Assembly (NCBI GenBank): GCA_013239625.1
Contig: MU053881.1
Location: forward strand, 5,417,957 to 5,481,956
Source: Lama guanicoe
Taxonomy: Eukaryota
DNA: 64,000 nucleotides
Reading direction: 5' to 3'
This document shows positions 38,240 to 50,433 of this stretch, one piece after another. How positions within the stretch are numbered: the stretch's first letter is position 1; each line of letters begins with the position of its first letter. Both the position numbers and the translations under genes were made by a program. The notes under the pieces were generated by a model. It saw only the letters and a program-made list of their open reading frames with translations, did not search any database and was not told the origin of the DNA.

Positions 38240-38600
38240 TGTTCATTTACTAAACGTCGACTATTTTATTAAACAGTTACTGAATATTCCCAGTACATGT
38301 CCAGTGCTAGAGACAGAGGGATGAACAAGACAGACTCAAACCCCTGCTTTCCTGGAGTTCATATTCTAGCAGGGGAAACAGACGTGAAATGTAATAGATA
38401 AGTAAATGATTATTAGAAGGTAATTCCTGGTAAGGAGGAAAAATAAACTTGGGTAAAGGGGGTGAGGGTGCCGTGGGTCTGGAAGACACACCTTGCTAAA
38501 GGTATGTCTGGATATCGTATAAGGCAGGGTCAAGGAAGGTGACCTTGAAGCACAGATTTGAGGAAGGTGAGGACGAATATGTGATGCTGAGGGATTTTAG
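38240..38600 (-). mobile_element. L2 fragment
   Basis: gatgaacaagacagactcaaacccctgctttcctggagttcatattctagcagggg. Confidence 0.65.
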
Positions 38601-38805
38601 AGGAATTGAGATCTGTCCATTGTCCTGTGGCTGCTTGCACAGGGTCATCCAGGGCTAAGTGAGGGTAGAGGGCGGGGGGCATGCACAGAAGTCTCAGGAG
38701 GAAACCCTTCCCTGCAAGGGCATCTCACAGATCACTGTCTTGGCCGTCAGTGTTCTGGGACTCTCAGTGTCCTTGACTCACCCCAGCATCCCTTTGTCCC
38801 CACAG

Positions 38806-38923
38806 AGGAGAAGTACACAGTCATCTACCCGTACACAGCCCGTGACCAAGATGAAATGAATCTGGAGAGAGGCGCCGTGGTGGAGGTCATCCAGAAAAAC
38901 CTGGAAGGCTGGTGGAAGATCAG
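38806..38923 (+). CDS. SH3PXD2B: SH3PXD2B exon 9, SH3 #2: (E)[38 protein letters not shown](R)
   Basis: tttgtccccacag|AG GAG ... ATC AG|gtaccc; 118 nt, phase 1-2. Confidence 0.97.
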
Positions 38924-39375
38924 GTACCCCCTGCAGCTGGGTGGGTTTCCATAAGCAGTTGCAGGGGAGGGGAGGTTTCAGCCTGAGCCATAAAAGGATG
39001 CTTCTGCTCTGTGCAGTTTGGCTTCCTTCCCTACCCATATCCCTCTCCAAAAGTCTGTAATAAGCAAAAGCTTCTCTAAACACTGAATCACAGAGAGCAG
39101 TAACCCCATGGAGCAAGAGTGGTCTCCACCTCCAGATGTGTCTCGTAACAAGCGACAGAGCTGCCCTGTGTGAGTGATTTCCCACTCCAGCCCTGCTCTG
39201 GGAGCGACAGGATGCGTACCACCCCATGGACCATAGCCCGTCTGTAACCCTGTAACTGTAACCCCTAACTCTGATCACTGCCATCATCTCTCACAGTCCA
39301 GTGGAGACCAGCATTGTAAACACTTTGTCATAGCACTTCCACCTACGTGATGAAATCAAAACCTCATAGGCGGGT

Positions 39376-39461
39376 AGGGAGGCCACCTCGTCCTGCTCTG
39401 CCTGGGACTTTGCCAGTTTTAATGATCACAGTGCCAGGAACCCCCTCTTTCGGGTTACCCT
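39376..39461. mobile_element. MER81-like hAT-Blackjack MITE
   Basis: taggga-ggccacc...ctgggactttgccagtttt...ggttaccct resembles TAGGGTGACC terminal inverted repeats. Confidence 0.55.
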
Positions 39462-40672
39462 GCTCGGCAGGCTGGAACCTCAGGAAATGAAGGCAAAAGA
39501 GAAAGCCTGAGGTCCCTGCCATCTGGTGTCTGCAATGTGACGTGAGGCAGGACACACTGGGGCCACTCACGTGGGGCCGAGTGTGTGGTGCTTCATTCAT
39601 TTTTCATGTATCCAGCAAGCGCACACCAAGGATCTGCTCTGGGGTAAGCTCTTTTCTGAAAGCTGGGGAGTCCACATGAGAAAGACAAAGTAGCTCACAG
39701 GCACAGAAGACAGAGTCAGGCACAAGTACAGGGCAGGGTGCCGAGTGATGTGTTGGAGGGATGTACAGGGCACTTTGGAGCACAGAAGAGAGCTGCTCGG
39801 CATCTGAGGGAGGGGAGGGGGCCTCAGAACTGAGGTGTGAAGCAGGAGTACTAACAATGGTGGCTCACCTATCTCCAGTGGATGTATTATCTTGCTGCAT
39901 AACAAATTATCCCGCTGCGTAACAAATTATCCCCGAACTCAGTGGCTCTGGAAATCGGGTGGCTTGCCTGGGCTCAGGCCCCCTCCTGAGGTTACAGTGG
40001 AAGGTCAGTGAGGGCGGCAGTCATCCGAAGGTTTGACTGAACCTTGGGAGTGACAGAGCCAGGATTTGAACCTGTACCTTCTGACCCCGAAGCCCACTCC
40101 GCACCGCGAGTATTGCCTCTCTGCTCACAGCTTTGTGCCCCAAACGATGGACTGTCTGGTAGCGCGTGCCTGGGTGCTGTGTGGCCTGGTGTTCTGCAGT
40201 TAGCCCAAGATTTAGTCCTTCTCAGAAGGTATTTTAAGACTGATAGACTCCAAGCTCTGCAGATTTTCTGTCTCCTTATAAATTTGCTCCAGTTATGAAG
40301 GACGCTTTTTTACTGAAAGGCAGCGCTATTTATTTCTTAAAGTGATTCTTGACAAGAGATTGGGCCCTGCTGTGTATCATCTCCAGCCCATTTGGTGTAT
40401 CCTCTAAAGGTGAGGGCATCTGTTTTGTGGTCCAGACGAGTGAGGTGCTGGCAAATATTTGTCATGATGTTTGCTAAGGCCTAAGAGGCCACGTTGGAGA
40501 GGCCTTGAACTCCAAGCTGAGGGCTTAGGGTTCATCAGGAGCAGGAAGCCAGCCTCTGGCCCTGTTCAGTTGTCACCCATTGTTCCTGCCATGATTCACA
40601 GTAGGACTGCGGCTTCTTCCCACAGGCTGGGCGGAGCAGCCTGACCAGCATCCTTCCTCCTCCTCCTCCCAG

Positions 40673-40902
40673 GTACCAGGGCAAAGAGGGCTGGGCCCCA
40701 GCCTCCTACCTGAAGAAGAGCAGCGCGGAGCCCTTACCCCCGAAGCTGGGCCCCGGCTCCCCTGCGCACGCGGGCGTCCTCGAGCTGGACGGAGTCTCCC
40801 GGCAGCAGAACTCGGTGGGCCGGGAGAAGGAGCTGCTCAACAACCAGAGGTTCGACGGCCGCTTTGACGGCCGCCCGGCGCCCGACGCTGACATCAAACA
40901 GA
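40673..40902 (+). CDS. SH3PXD2B: SH3PXD2B exon 10: (R)[29 protein letters not shown]...[20 protein letters not shown](R)
   Basis: (cct)n cccag|G TAC CAG ... CAG A|gtaagt; 230 nt, phase 2-1. Confidence 0.97.
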
Positions 40903-42120
40903 GTAAGTGGCACCCACCCAAGCTCCCGGCAGCTGAGCACCCACTGCGTGCCAGGCTCTGCCCAGAACTCTTCTCGGGTTGTCTCTCATCCTCACAGCAG
41001 CCCAGCTGCCCACCATCCGTTAGATGAGAAAGCAGGCTCACAAACCGCAGGTAACTTGCTCCAGATCATTGCGCCAGCAAGTTGCAGAACCTGAGCCGGG
41101 AGACATGGCTTTCCTACACCAGACTATGTTTTTCCCACTGTCTCATAGTGCTCATGTTAGCTCCTCTTTCTCAGACTCCTACTATGAGCCAGGAATCTTA
41201 TACTGGGCTCCTCATAACAGATTTTGAAGGACTTGCTCCTTTTGTTTCACAGATTACAAAGCAAGGAGATAAAGTAGTTTGTCCAAGGCCACCTCGCTAG
41301 TAAACGGCGGGGCCAGGGCTTGAACCCAGGCCCCTCTGACTCACGGGCCAGCGCTCTCTCTGCAGAGCCTCATTTCTGAGCCAGAGGAGCAAAAAGTAGA
41401 CTTCGTGCTGGGTTTACTCCGAAGATAGTTCTTAGCCCATCTTGTTTTCCAAAGTTTCATCATACATATTTTACCATGTAATGTTCCCCGCCCACCTGAG
41501 AGTAGAGTCCATCACTGCTGTCTGCTGCGTACCACGGACTCCAGCTCAAGCGTGTGACCCCGTGCAGGGCAGAAGGACTCTGTCAGGAAAGGACAGGAAA
41601 CTAGCCACAAGGATGAAGTCACTTGCCCCTTACTGGGCTTTTCTCCAGCTGTTTCAAGTGGCGTTTATGGTCAGTGAACTTCTTGAGTCTCTCGTATTAA
41701 TGTGTGCGAGCTCCATGCCAAGAGCCGCACCGGTATTGTTCACTTTGATCTCCACCGCTTCCGCCACGAGGCAGGCATCCCCTCCTCCAGAAGAGGACCG
41801 CGTGGCTCAGAGTCACATAACTCGTTATGTCCTACATCTGTGTGCTTCTGGAGCCTACACTTGCTGCCTTCCCTGGAAAGCTCTCCATCGCTCCCGGACT
41901 TGGCCCCATCCCCTCGTTGGTAGAGTCCTGAGCTGAGTCTGAACAGCCCCTTCTGGGTTAGGCTCTTCCCACGGGAAGGGTCGCAGCCGCTCACTGACAC
42001 CTGTGCAGCGCTCTGCCTCATCTCCTGCAGGAGAGAATAGATCTTTCCTGGGGACCGCCTCTAACAACTTTATGTGTGGAATTCTGCCCCTGCGTGAAAT
42101 AAGGTCTCATCTCTCTATAG

Positions 42121-42170
42121 GATCCCCTAAGATGCGGCAGAGACCCCCTCCTCGCCGGGATATGACCATA
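42121..42170 (+). CDS. SH3PXD2B: SH3PXD2B exon 11: (R)SPKMRQRPPPRRDMTI
   Basis: ctctctatag|GA TCC ... ACC ATA|gtaagt; 50 nt, phase 1-0. Confidence 0.96.
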
Positions 42171-43041
42171 GTAAGTGGACTCTTGCAACTGGGGAGCCAG
42201 CCCCCGACCTGAAACTGGCCCCCCACACTCCCCTCGCCCTTTCCAAGGACGCCCTCTTTCCTGTCCACACAGCAGCCTTGTGAAGCTCATCCCACTAACA
42301 GGTGGGAGGACCGAGGTCCAGGGAGGTGAAACAGTTTGCCCATGGCTTTGCAACAGGCCTCGGGCTGTGCTCTGTGCGTCCTGAGCCCCCTCTGCGTTGT
42401 CTCCTTAGATCTGGCTTCTCAAAAAGGTAATTTGAAACCAAAGGTGGATGAAGCAAAACTTTCACTTTGGCGCCATTCTGATACTTTACTTTCATACTCC
42501 GTTTTTAATTCTTTACGTGCCCTTCTAAGTAATCCTTTGAAAAATGGGCCTTCTTTTTTTTAACGTCCGCCACTTATTGAGCACCTGTTGGGGGCCAGGC
42601 CGTGTGCTGTTTGCTGCATCACTACGTTAACTCATTGAATGCTCACGGTGACCCCACCATTAGCAGCCCCATTCTGCAGGAGATGAAACTGAGGCTTCCG
42701 ACGGGGAAGGGGTTTGCCCAGAGTCACACAGACGGGTCTGACTCGCACACCTGTGTTCTTCTCACGACCCTTGTTGCTTCTTAAGTTCTGAGCATATCAT
42801 CTTGCCCCAGATTTTCCTGATTGTCGCCAAATGCCCCATGTTTTTTCTCGTCCTAACGCTGAAGGGCCAGTGACCCGTCTAGGAAACCACAATCTGAGCG
42901 ATCCCCTTTGTTTTGTCCCTTAGCATCCAAATGGGTCCACCAGTGCCACCTCGAGGTTGACTGTGTGCCCCAGTCCCTTAGCACCTCCCCCCATTCAGCA
43001 CCACAGGAATGGACTTTTATTGGGTTTAACACTGCATTTAA

Positions 43042-43209
<168 letters not shown>

Positions 43210-43249
43210 TGATTCTTGATTCTAGGCACCGCCTCCTACTTCTATATTC

Positions 43250-43545
43250 CTTTTTTTTTTTTAATTGTAGCAGCTCTACTGAGATATAATTCCGATACCA
43301 TACAATTCACTGATTTAAGATGTATCGTTACAGAGTCACACAGCCACCACCACAGTAGCTGTTAGAACATTTCATCACCCAGCTGTATATGTTAGCAGTC
43401 ACTCCCCATTTCCCCTCAGCCCCTCTCAGCCCCCTGCCCCAGCCCTCGGCAACCACAAATCTACTTTCTGTCTCCCTAAATTAGCCTGTTTTGCATATTT
43501 CACATGCGTGGAATCATACCTTATGTGGTCTTTTATGACTGGCTT
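43250..43545 (-). mobile_element. L1 3' end, antisense
   Basis: poly(T), gagatataattc..taccatacaattcac, ggcaaccacaaatctactttctgtctc. Confidence 0.8.
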
Positions 43546-43697
43546 TTTTTTTTTTAATTCTTCTCCTTTTGGTGTGGGGGACGTGGGGGGTAATTAGGTT
43601 TACGTATTTACTTATATTTTTAGTGGAGGCACTGAGGATTGAACCCAGGACCCTGTGCATGCTAGTATGCACTCTGCCACTGAGCTGTACCCTCCCC
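43546..43697 (-). mobile_element. tRNA-Ala-derived SINE
   Basis: Reverse-complement copy; short TSD ctggctt at 43539 and 43698. Confidence 0.88.
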
Positions 43698-44014
43698 CTG
43701 GCTTGTGTTCTGTTGGTATCACTTCCTACTTCCCTGTTTGCCTTTCCTTTGTCCTTTGCGCCCCACGCCTTGGCTTGTCTGCTCTGTTGCCTGCATAAAG
43801 GCTCGCACAGATCCTTTCTCCCCCTTCATGTCTCTTTTCTTTCTCATAGGGTTAGAGCTCGCCGGTGTTCCCAATGTTTCCAGGAAAGCCCTGGGATAGC
43901 AGTTAGGTGCTGACCCCTGTCGTAAGCAGTATCTTGTGTAATCATTTGCTCTTGTGAGGCAGGACTGTGACCATCCCCATTTTTCAGGTGGGGAAGCTGT
44001 CGCTTAGAAAACAG

Positions 44015-44165
44015 GTGGGGGGGGTATAGCTCAGTGGTAGAGCATATGCTCAGCATGCACGAGGTCCTGGGCTCAATCCCCTGTATCTCCACTAAAAAAA
44101 TAATTAATTAGTAAACCTAATTACCTACCCCCCCCAAAAAATTAAAATAAATTGAAAAAAAAAAG
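44015..44165 (+). mobile_element. tRNA-Ala-derived SINE
   Basis: GGGGTATAGCTCAGTGGTAGAGC...CCTAATTACC, A-rich tail. Confidence 0.9.
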
Positions 44166-47100
44166 TCAGCCTCTGCGTTAGAAAGGGGTGGGGGGAAGAA
44201 TCTTTTTTTAAAAAGAAGGTGGCAGAGTCAGGATTTGAACCTATGTCTGTCTCCAGATTAGAACCAAGGGTATTGACAGCCTGTTATTTATCTGGCGAAT
44301 ATTTGGGGATTTCAGGAGGGTGGAGACCAGATCTGTTTTTCACTCCCATATCCTCATAGCAAGCGCAGTGCCTGGCATGTGGTAGGTTTGCAAAAAATGT
44401 TGTTGAATCAGTGAAAATCTGTCTCCGCACTGGCCTCCTACTTAATACATAGAAAACTGGGGACTGTTGTCTTCTTCATTCTTGCCCCTAACCCTGGCAT
44501 TGGAGCTGGTCCCCAGAGGGTGCTCAGTGAGCCATTCTTTTATGAATGAACGTTTGGATGAATGAAGGAAGGAAGGAGTAAATGAATGGTTACTGAGCCA
44601 GAGCATGAGTCCTAAGGGTCTGTAGTCAATTCTCCAAGCCTCCAATGTACCCGTCATTTTCCCTCCATCCCTGACACTTCCTGCCTGTCTCTCTCTCTTC
44701 CCCTCGCATCCCAGGGCAGCTGCCCAGTGAGCCCAGGAGGCGGTGTCTTCCTGAAGGTGCATCCTGGGCCTCACCACCATTTCTGCCCAAGCATTTCCAG
44801 AAACTTCTCCTCCAGCCAAGTGTCCTTCAAATCCATGCAGACAGAAGGAGGGCTGTCTGCAGCAGTGTTTAAAGAATCTAAGCTGAAGCTTCTCTAACTA
44901 ATTTTTATAAAATGCAGACATCCATCCTCACAGAGAAACTGAGGGGACAGTGGAAATACCTCCAAGGCTCTAAAAGGCTTTTTATCTGCTCTTCTCTTTT
45001 TTTTCCTCCCAATCTGTTCTAACTTCAATCCACAGAGAGACTCACGAGACATCTTGCTTATGCTCCAAGATAATTCTGTGCGCCATTCCCTCGTTTTGCT
45101 GTTGCAAAACATGTACATTATTCTGACATGAAACATATGTCTATTTCTTAACATCTTTTCACATCAAGGGCTGTTCCTCCTACCACTGCTGTTCAGCCTT
45201 ATTTTCACTGCTTTCCTTTGAACCCGACTGGTCCAGCTGGCCCTTCCCCACCTCTCTTGCTCTCTCTGCCTTTAACCCATCTCCTAGCCCTCCACCTGCC
45301 TTCACATGGAAGGCACTCAAGGTCATTTTCTAAACCGAATTTGGTGTATCAAAATCCAACTCATTCTTTAAATACCTGCTCCCTCTGGGAAGCCTTCCCT
45401 GGTTCACATTAGTGTCTCTTCCCTACCCTTTGTTAGCTTCTGTGGGGCCATGTATCTCAGTCCTTAACTAAAGGCACACCCTCCTTTCTGTACATAATAC
45501 TTTTTTATTGTCTGTCATTTTTCTGATTCTCTCAGGAGTTCCTCACTGTCTTTAGAATACCGAAATTTCACTGAACCACATCTAGGTATGTTTCTCTTTA
45601 TCCTGCAGTGGGTCTTTTCAATCTAAGGACTCAGAAGGTCTTCTTAGAAAATTTCCCACTTTAAATATTGACTTTCTTCCCTCTTTTTATTCTTTACTTC
45701 TGGAACAGTTATTAAACAAAAATGGGAACTTCTGCCCCTGTCCTCCCTGACTCTTAACTTCTCTTTCGTATTTTCCATCTTCATCCCTTTGTACTGCATT
45801 CCTAGAGCATTTTGCTCCATCTTTTAGCTCATCAATTTTCTCTTTAACAATTCAGTTTGTTCTTTATTTTATTTCAACTATTACCATTTTTATTTCCAAG
45901 GCTCTTACTGATTCTTTTTCATAGTTACCTGTTCTTGTTTCATAATAGCCTGTTCTTTCATGAGTCTGATGCCCTTCTATCTCTGTCTAAGGATATTAGA
46001 TATATTATTGTTCATTATCTCTTTCCTTAATTGTAATTCCTTTGCAATGGTGTCGGTATTTATTTCAGCTCTTTTCATGATGTTAGTACTTGTCTTGGGC
46101 TATAAAAGAAGAGGCAGCGGATAGTCAGACAGTCTGGAGGGGAAGTGTACACAGGAGGCTGGTCGGTTCCCACTGGTTTCAGTGCCAAATGGGGAACTTC
46201 TGAGCCAGCCACTGAGCAGTGTCGCGTCTCTGAGACCCAGGCTCACTCTTTCCCTTTTTTCACTTGTGAGCAATCACTTCCTTTACTCTGCCTGCCCTGC
46301 AGGTATGGGATAAAGGGCATAGAGGAGTCAACCAGCCTGGCTGTTTCTGCCATGTTATCCCAGTTAATCCCCTATTTCTTGCCTCTGGACCTCTCTAGTC
46401 CCAGGTTCTACCCCCTCAAAGTCTGAGGGGCCTCAGCACTGCCATCACCTCTGCAGCAGAACCCCCTGCAGCAGACTGGGGCCGCGGCCCACCTCAGCAG
46501 CTTCTGCCCATCAGTGACTCCTCACAATTTCTGGTCCACTAACTCCTCCCTTTCCACCTTCTGAGCTTGGCTTTGTATTCATTTTTTGTTTCCTGGATTT
46601 ATTGCATTAAGGGGAAACTGCTGTTCACTCCATCTCCCATCTTGAAACCAGAAGTCTGGCTTGCATATTATAAAGGTTTTTTTTTTTTAATTCCTCCAAG
46701 AGTGTTAACAAACATGAAACCTTCTCCTTTAAGATGCTGAGTTTGCAACATTTTGTACAAATGCACACCACTGTTTGGTCATGCTGGCAAACAGGACGTT
46801 TGCTGATAAGCACCTCCACTCCCTGGCTCAGAACCTTCCGAAATCTACCGAGGGCAGCTCAGGATATCATAGATGAGGCACTGAAGCTGAGGGCTGACTC
46901 CGTGTGCGGTGAGGAGTGAATAGGTCCCTGGGGTTTTCTGGAAATGTTGAGGAGTCTCCCTCCCAGACACTACCCCCACTTGAACGAAAACCATTCCCCT
47001 TTCTTGTTTCTGGCTTTTGTCTGTTTTTGCTAAAGCTAAGCCAATAAATAGCTCACATACCAGCATTCTTTTCCAGGAAGGACAGATATAACCCATCCTT

Positions 47101-47620
47101 GAAACGTATCTGCCTCATTGTTCTATGATGTCGGCATTGGTTCTGCTCGTGGTGGCTTGAAGGTGTAGTTGCTCCTAAAGTTTTTGCTTTAACCAAGTGT
47201 TCTTATGATAAATCCTGTATCCTCTGTTTTCTCCTCCAGTTTTGCTTCCTGGTTTAGCATCATCTTAGCCTTCAAAGTTCATTAATGGAACCACAGCATT
47301 CTGGCAGTGGAGCTGCAAGGAATACCTTAGTTCCTTGCCTCGTGTATGTATCTTCACAACATGTTGTACTAATGATGGTGATGATGATGGTACAGGCACC
47401 TCTCTGTGCCAGGTACCTTACATCCTTGTTAACTGAGATCCACAGAAGCCCGAGAGGTCTGTACCGTCAGCCCATTTTACAGATATACCTGAGGCAAAGA
47501 GAGATTAGGTAAATGTCCATGGTTACATAGCTAGTAAGTGGTGAAGCTGGGCTTTGAACCCAGATCAGCCCAGGTTCTTTTCTTTCATCTTCGTTCTTGT
47601 GATTTTTGCATTTGCTTGTA

Positions 47621-48038
47621 CAGACCAACCTCAGACCCAGACCACCACTGTAAAGCCACTATCACAATAAAGCAAGCCACATGAATGTTTTGGCTTCCCA
47701 GTGTATGTAACAGTGATGTTTACACTATACTATAGTCCACTAAGTGTGCAGTTGCATTATGTCTAAAAAAAAAATGCAGACCTCAATTAAAAGATACTTA
47801 ATTTGCTAAAAAATGCTAACCATCATCTGAACTTTTAGCCAGTCGTAATCTTTTTGCAACAGTAACATCAAAGATCACTGATCACAGATCACCATTGCTC
47901 GTGTGATAACAATGAAAAAGTTTAAAATATTGTGAAAATTACCGAAATGTGACATAGAACCAGGAAGTGAGCAAATGCTATTGAAAAAAATGGCACCAGT
48001 AGACTTGCTCAGTGCAGGGTTGCCACAGACCCTCAATC

Positions 48039-48075
<37 letters not shown>

Positions 48076-48126
48076 AGTATCTGCAAAGCACCATAAAGTA
48101 ATGCACAATGAAACGAGGTATGTCTG
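47621..48126 (-). mobile_element. Second copy of the same Tigger1 derivative, with an internal A33 run
   Basis: TA|cagaccaacctc ... aaacgaggtatgtctg|TA; colinear with the 32400 copy. Confidence 0.85.
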
Positions 48127-48200
48127 TATTCGTAATAGCTTTTATCTTCTCTCTAATAAACGAAACTCTCATACATCATAATTAAGAACACAGATGTTTA

Positions 48201-48320
48201 AGGGGAGGGTGTAGTTCAGTGGTAGAGCGTGCACCTAGCATGCACAAGGTCCTGGGTTCAATCCCCAGTGCCTCCATCCAAGTAAATAAATACCTAATTA
48301 CCTCCCCCAAAACAAAAAAC
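48201..48320 (+). mobile_element. tRNA-Ala-derived SINE
   Basis: 17-nt TSD aagaacaca(g/a)atgttta at 48184 and 48321. Confidence 0.92.
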
Positions 48321-49180
48321 AAGAACACAAATGTTTAGAACTTCTGCCATAAGGACATGATAGAGTGTAAGCTTGGCAAATCGTCATGGATGTATCTCAT
48401 TTTGATTACTGTTCTATATTCATTTGCTCACATACGTCCTTGGCGTTAAAGTTGTTGACTTTACGGATGCGCAAATGACTCATGTGCCCAGAAGTGCCTT
48501 TACCTGTTACCAGACCTACCACTTGTTGATAAGATGCTGGTCACCTGCACGGAAAGGGCTCCCATTTATCAGTACCCTTTCCTGGAGAGACTCCAGGGGG
48601 ATGTGTTAAGTGCACACTTGCCATGTGCATCCTGCTTTCTCAGTCATCTCCACTATCGTTGAATCCTAACAGGTAACATTTGCCTTTCAGCATTTACCAA
48701 GTGCTGCTGCAAGCGTGGGCTGTGGTTATCACGGACACCCCACGCAAGGGCGTTACTGTTCTCACCACCCTCCCTGGTTTGTGGTGTGGCTTCTGCAGGC
48801 TCCCCCTGTGCTCCTGCGCTGGGTCTGTGGCTGCCTTTCATCTCTGATCTAGGCAGCAGGGCACGGCAGCAGAAACACCTGTGCAGCCTCTGCCCCTCCC
48901 ACTTTCTCTCCACCTCCAGCACAGCTTCTCCCCACGCAGCACCCCCTTTTCTGGGGCAGGGCCGGGGAGTGATTAAGGCTGGGGCTCTGGAGCCCACCAG
49001 CCTGCCTTTGATCCCCGCTTCCATCCACCACTGACGTTCCACGTGACCCTCTGTGACTTCCTCCGCTCTCCTGAGGCTCAGTTCTGCATCTGTGCAATGG
49101 GATGACCATCCCCATCTCATAGCACCGTTGTAATCATTAATCAGCTCTTCTGTGCACAGAGCCTGCTGGGGTGTTGCTGG

Positions 49181-49561
49181 GTGTTAGTTTGCTCAGGCTG
49201 CCATCACAAAAGACCACAGACTGGGTGGTTTAAACAACAGAGATGTATTTTCTCACATTCTGGAGGCTAGAAGTCCAAGCTCAAGGTATTAGCATGTTTG
49301 GTTTCTCCTGAGGCCTCGCTCCTTGGCCGCCATCTCCCTCCCTGCCTTGATCCATGCCCATCCCTCATGCTGTAAATTCTATGTGTCCTAATCTCCTTTT
49401 CTTGTAAGGACAGCAGTCATTGGATTAAGGTCCACCCTAATCACCCCATTTTAACCTAATTACCTCTGAAAAGGATCTGTCTCCGAATACAGTCGTGGTC
49501 TAAGATACAAAGGTTAGGGCTTCAGCATATGATTGTGGGGGAACTCAGTTCAGCCCATAAC
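49181..49561 (-). mobile_element. MaLR MLT1-type solo LTR
   Basis: tgttagtttgctcaggctgccatcacaaaagaccacagactgggtgg...ttcagcccataac. Confidence 0.85.
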
Positions 49562-50433
49562 GTACAACATGTGTGCCTTTCACCCATGTGAATTCAGCCA
49601 TATGGTACTAAACAGAAAGGAGATGGGAAACACAAGATCTTAAGTGTCATGAGTGTTTCCACCCACTGTTCCACCCAACGGGTGGATATCCCAGAGGGGA
49701 GATGAGATGACAGTTTGTTTTACCTCCAGCGTCAGTTCCCCTGTGTCTCAGCATGCGCTGAATGTGGTTCCCACATTCTGCGTGTTTTTCACACAGCGTG
49801 GCCAGCCAGCAACTTTGTTGCTCAACCTAAAGAGCACCAATCAGGACTGGTTTTGGCTGTGTTGAGGGTTTGCCTTGAACTTCTTTAGAAATTGAGCAGA
49901 CGCTGCTGGTGGCCTGCCCTGCATCCTGACCGCCCTTAACTGATTCCCACCTCCTAAGCCTGCCTGAGGACACCACCCAGAAAAGGGGAGAATTAATGTC
50001 CCGGAGTGGGGGGATTTAGGAGTCAGGAGATAAATGTCCCCACTTGCAGTGGGGCAGGTCTGATTCTGCACAGCTTCTCAGACGGTTCCTGGTGGATTAA
50101 TTCCCAGTGGCCCAGAGCATTAACCTCCTCCTCGCTGGCTCTCCCTTTCCCCACTTCCTCACTTGGGCTTCCTGAAATCATCTCTCAAATTAGGTACAAG
50201 TTCTCATCTCAGGGACTGCTTTTCAGAAAATCCAAAATAGACAAGAACTTCCCCCCATGTAAGATGTTTCTGGTGCACAGCAGTCTCCATAGATGGTCCA
50301 TCATAGACGTTGTCTGGGAATCTACCAAGTACAAAATCCCTGCTTCTAGAACCCCAGCTGCGTGTGGGTTTTCCCAGACCACTCGCCCTGACATTGTACT
50401 TAACTACGAGCTTTCCTCTGCCCTCCCTTCCAG

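Noticed and set aside
39894..39933. 20-nt tandem duplication GCTGC(A/G)TAACAAATTATCCC
   Set aside because: Neutral slippage within an MLT1 LTR fragment
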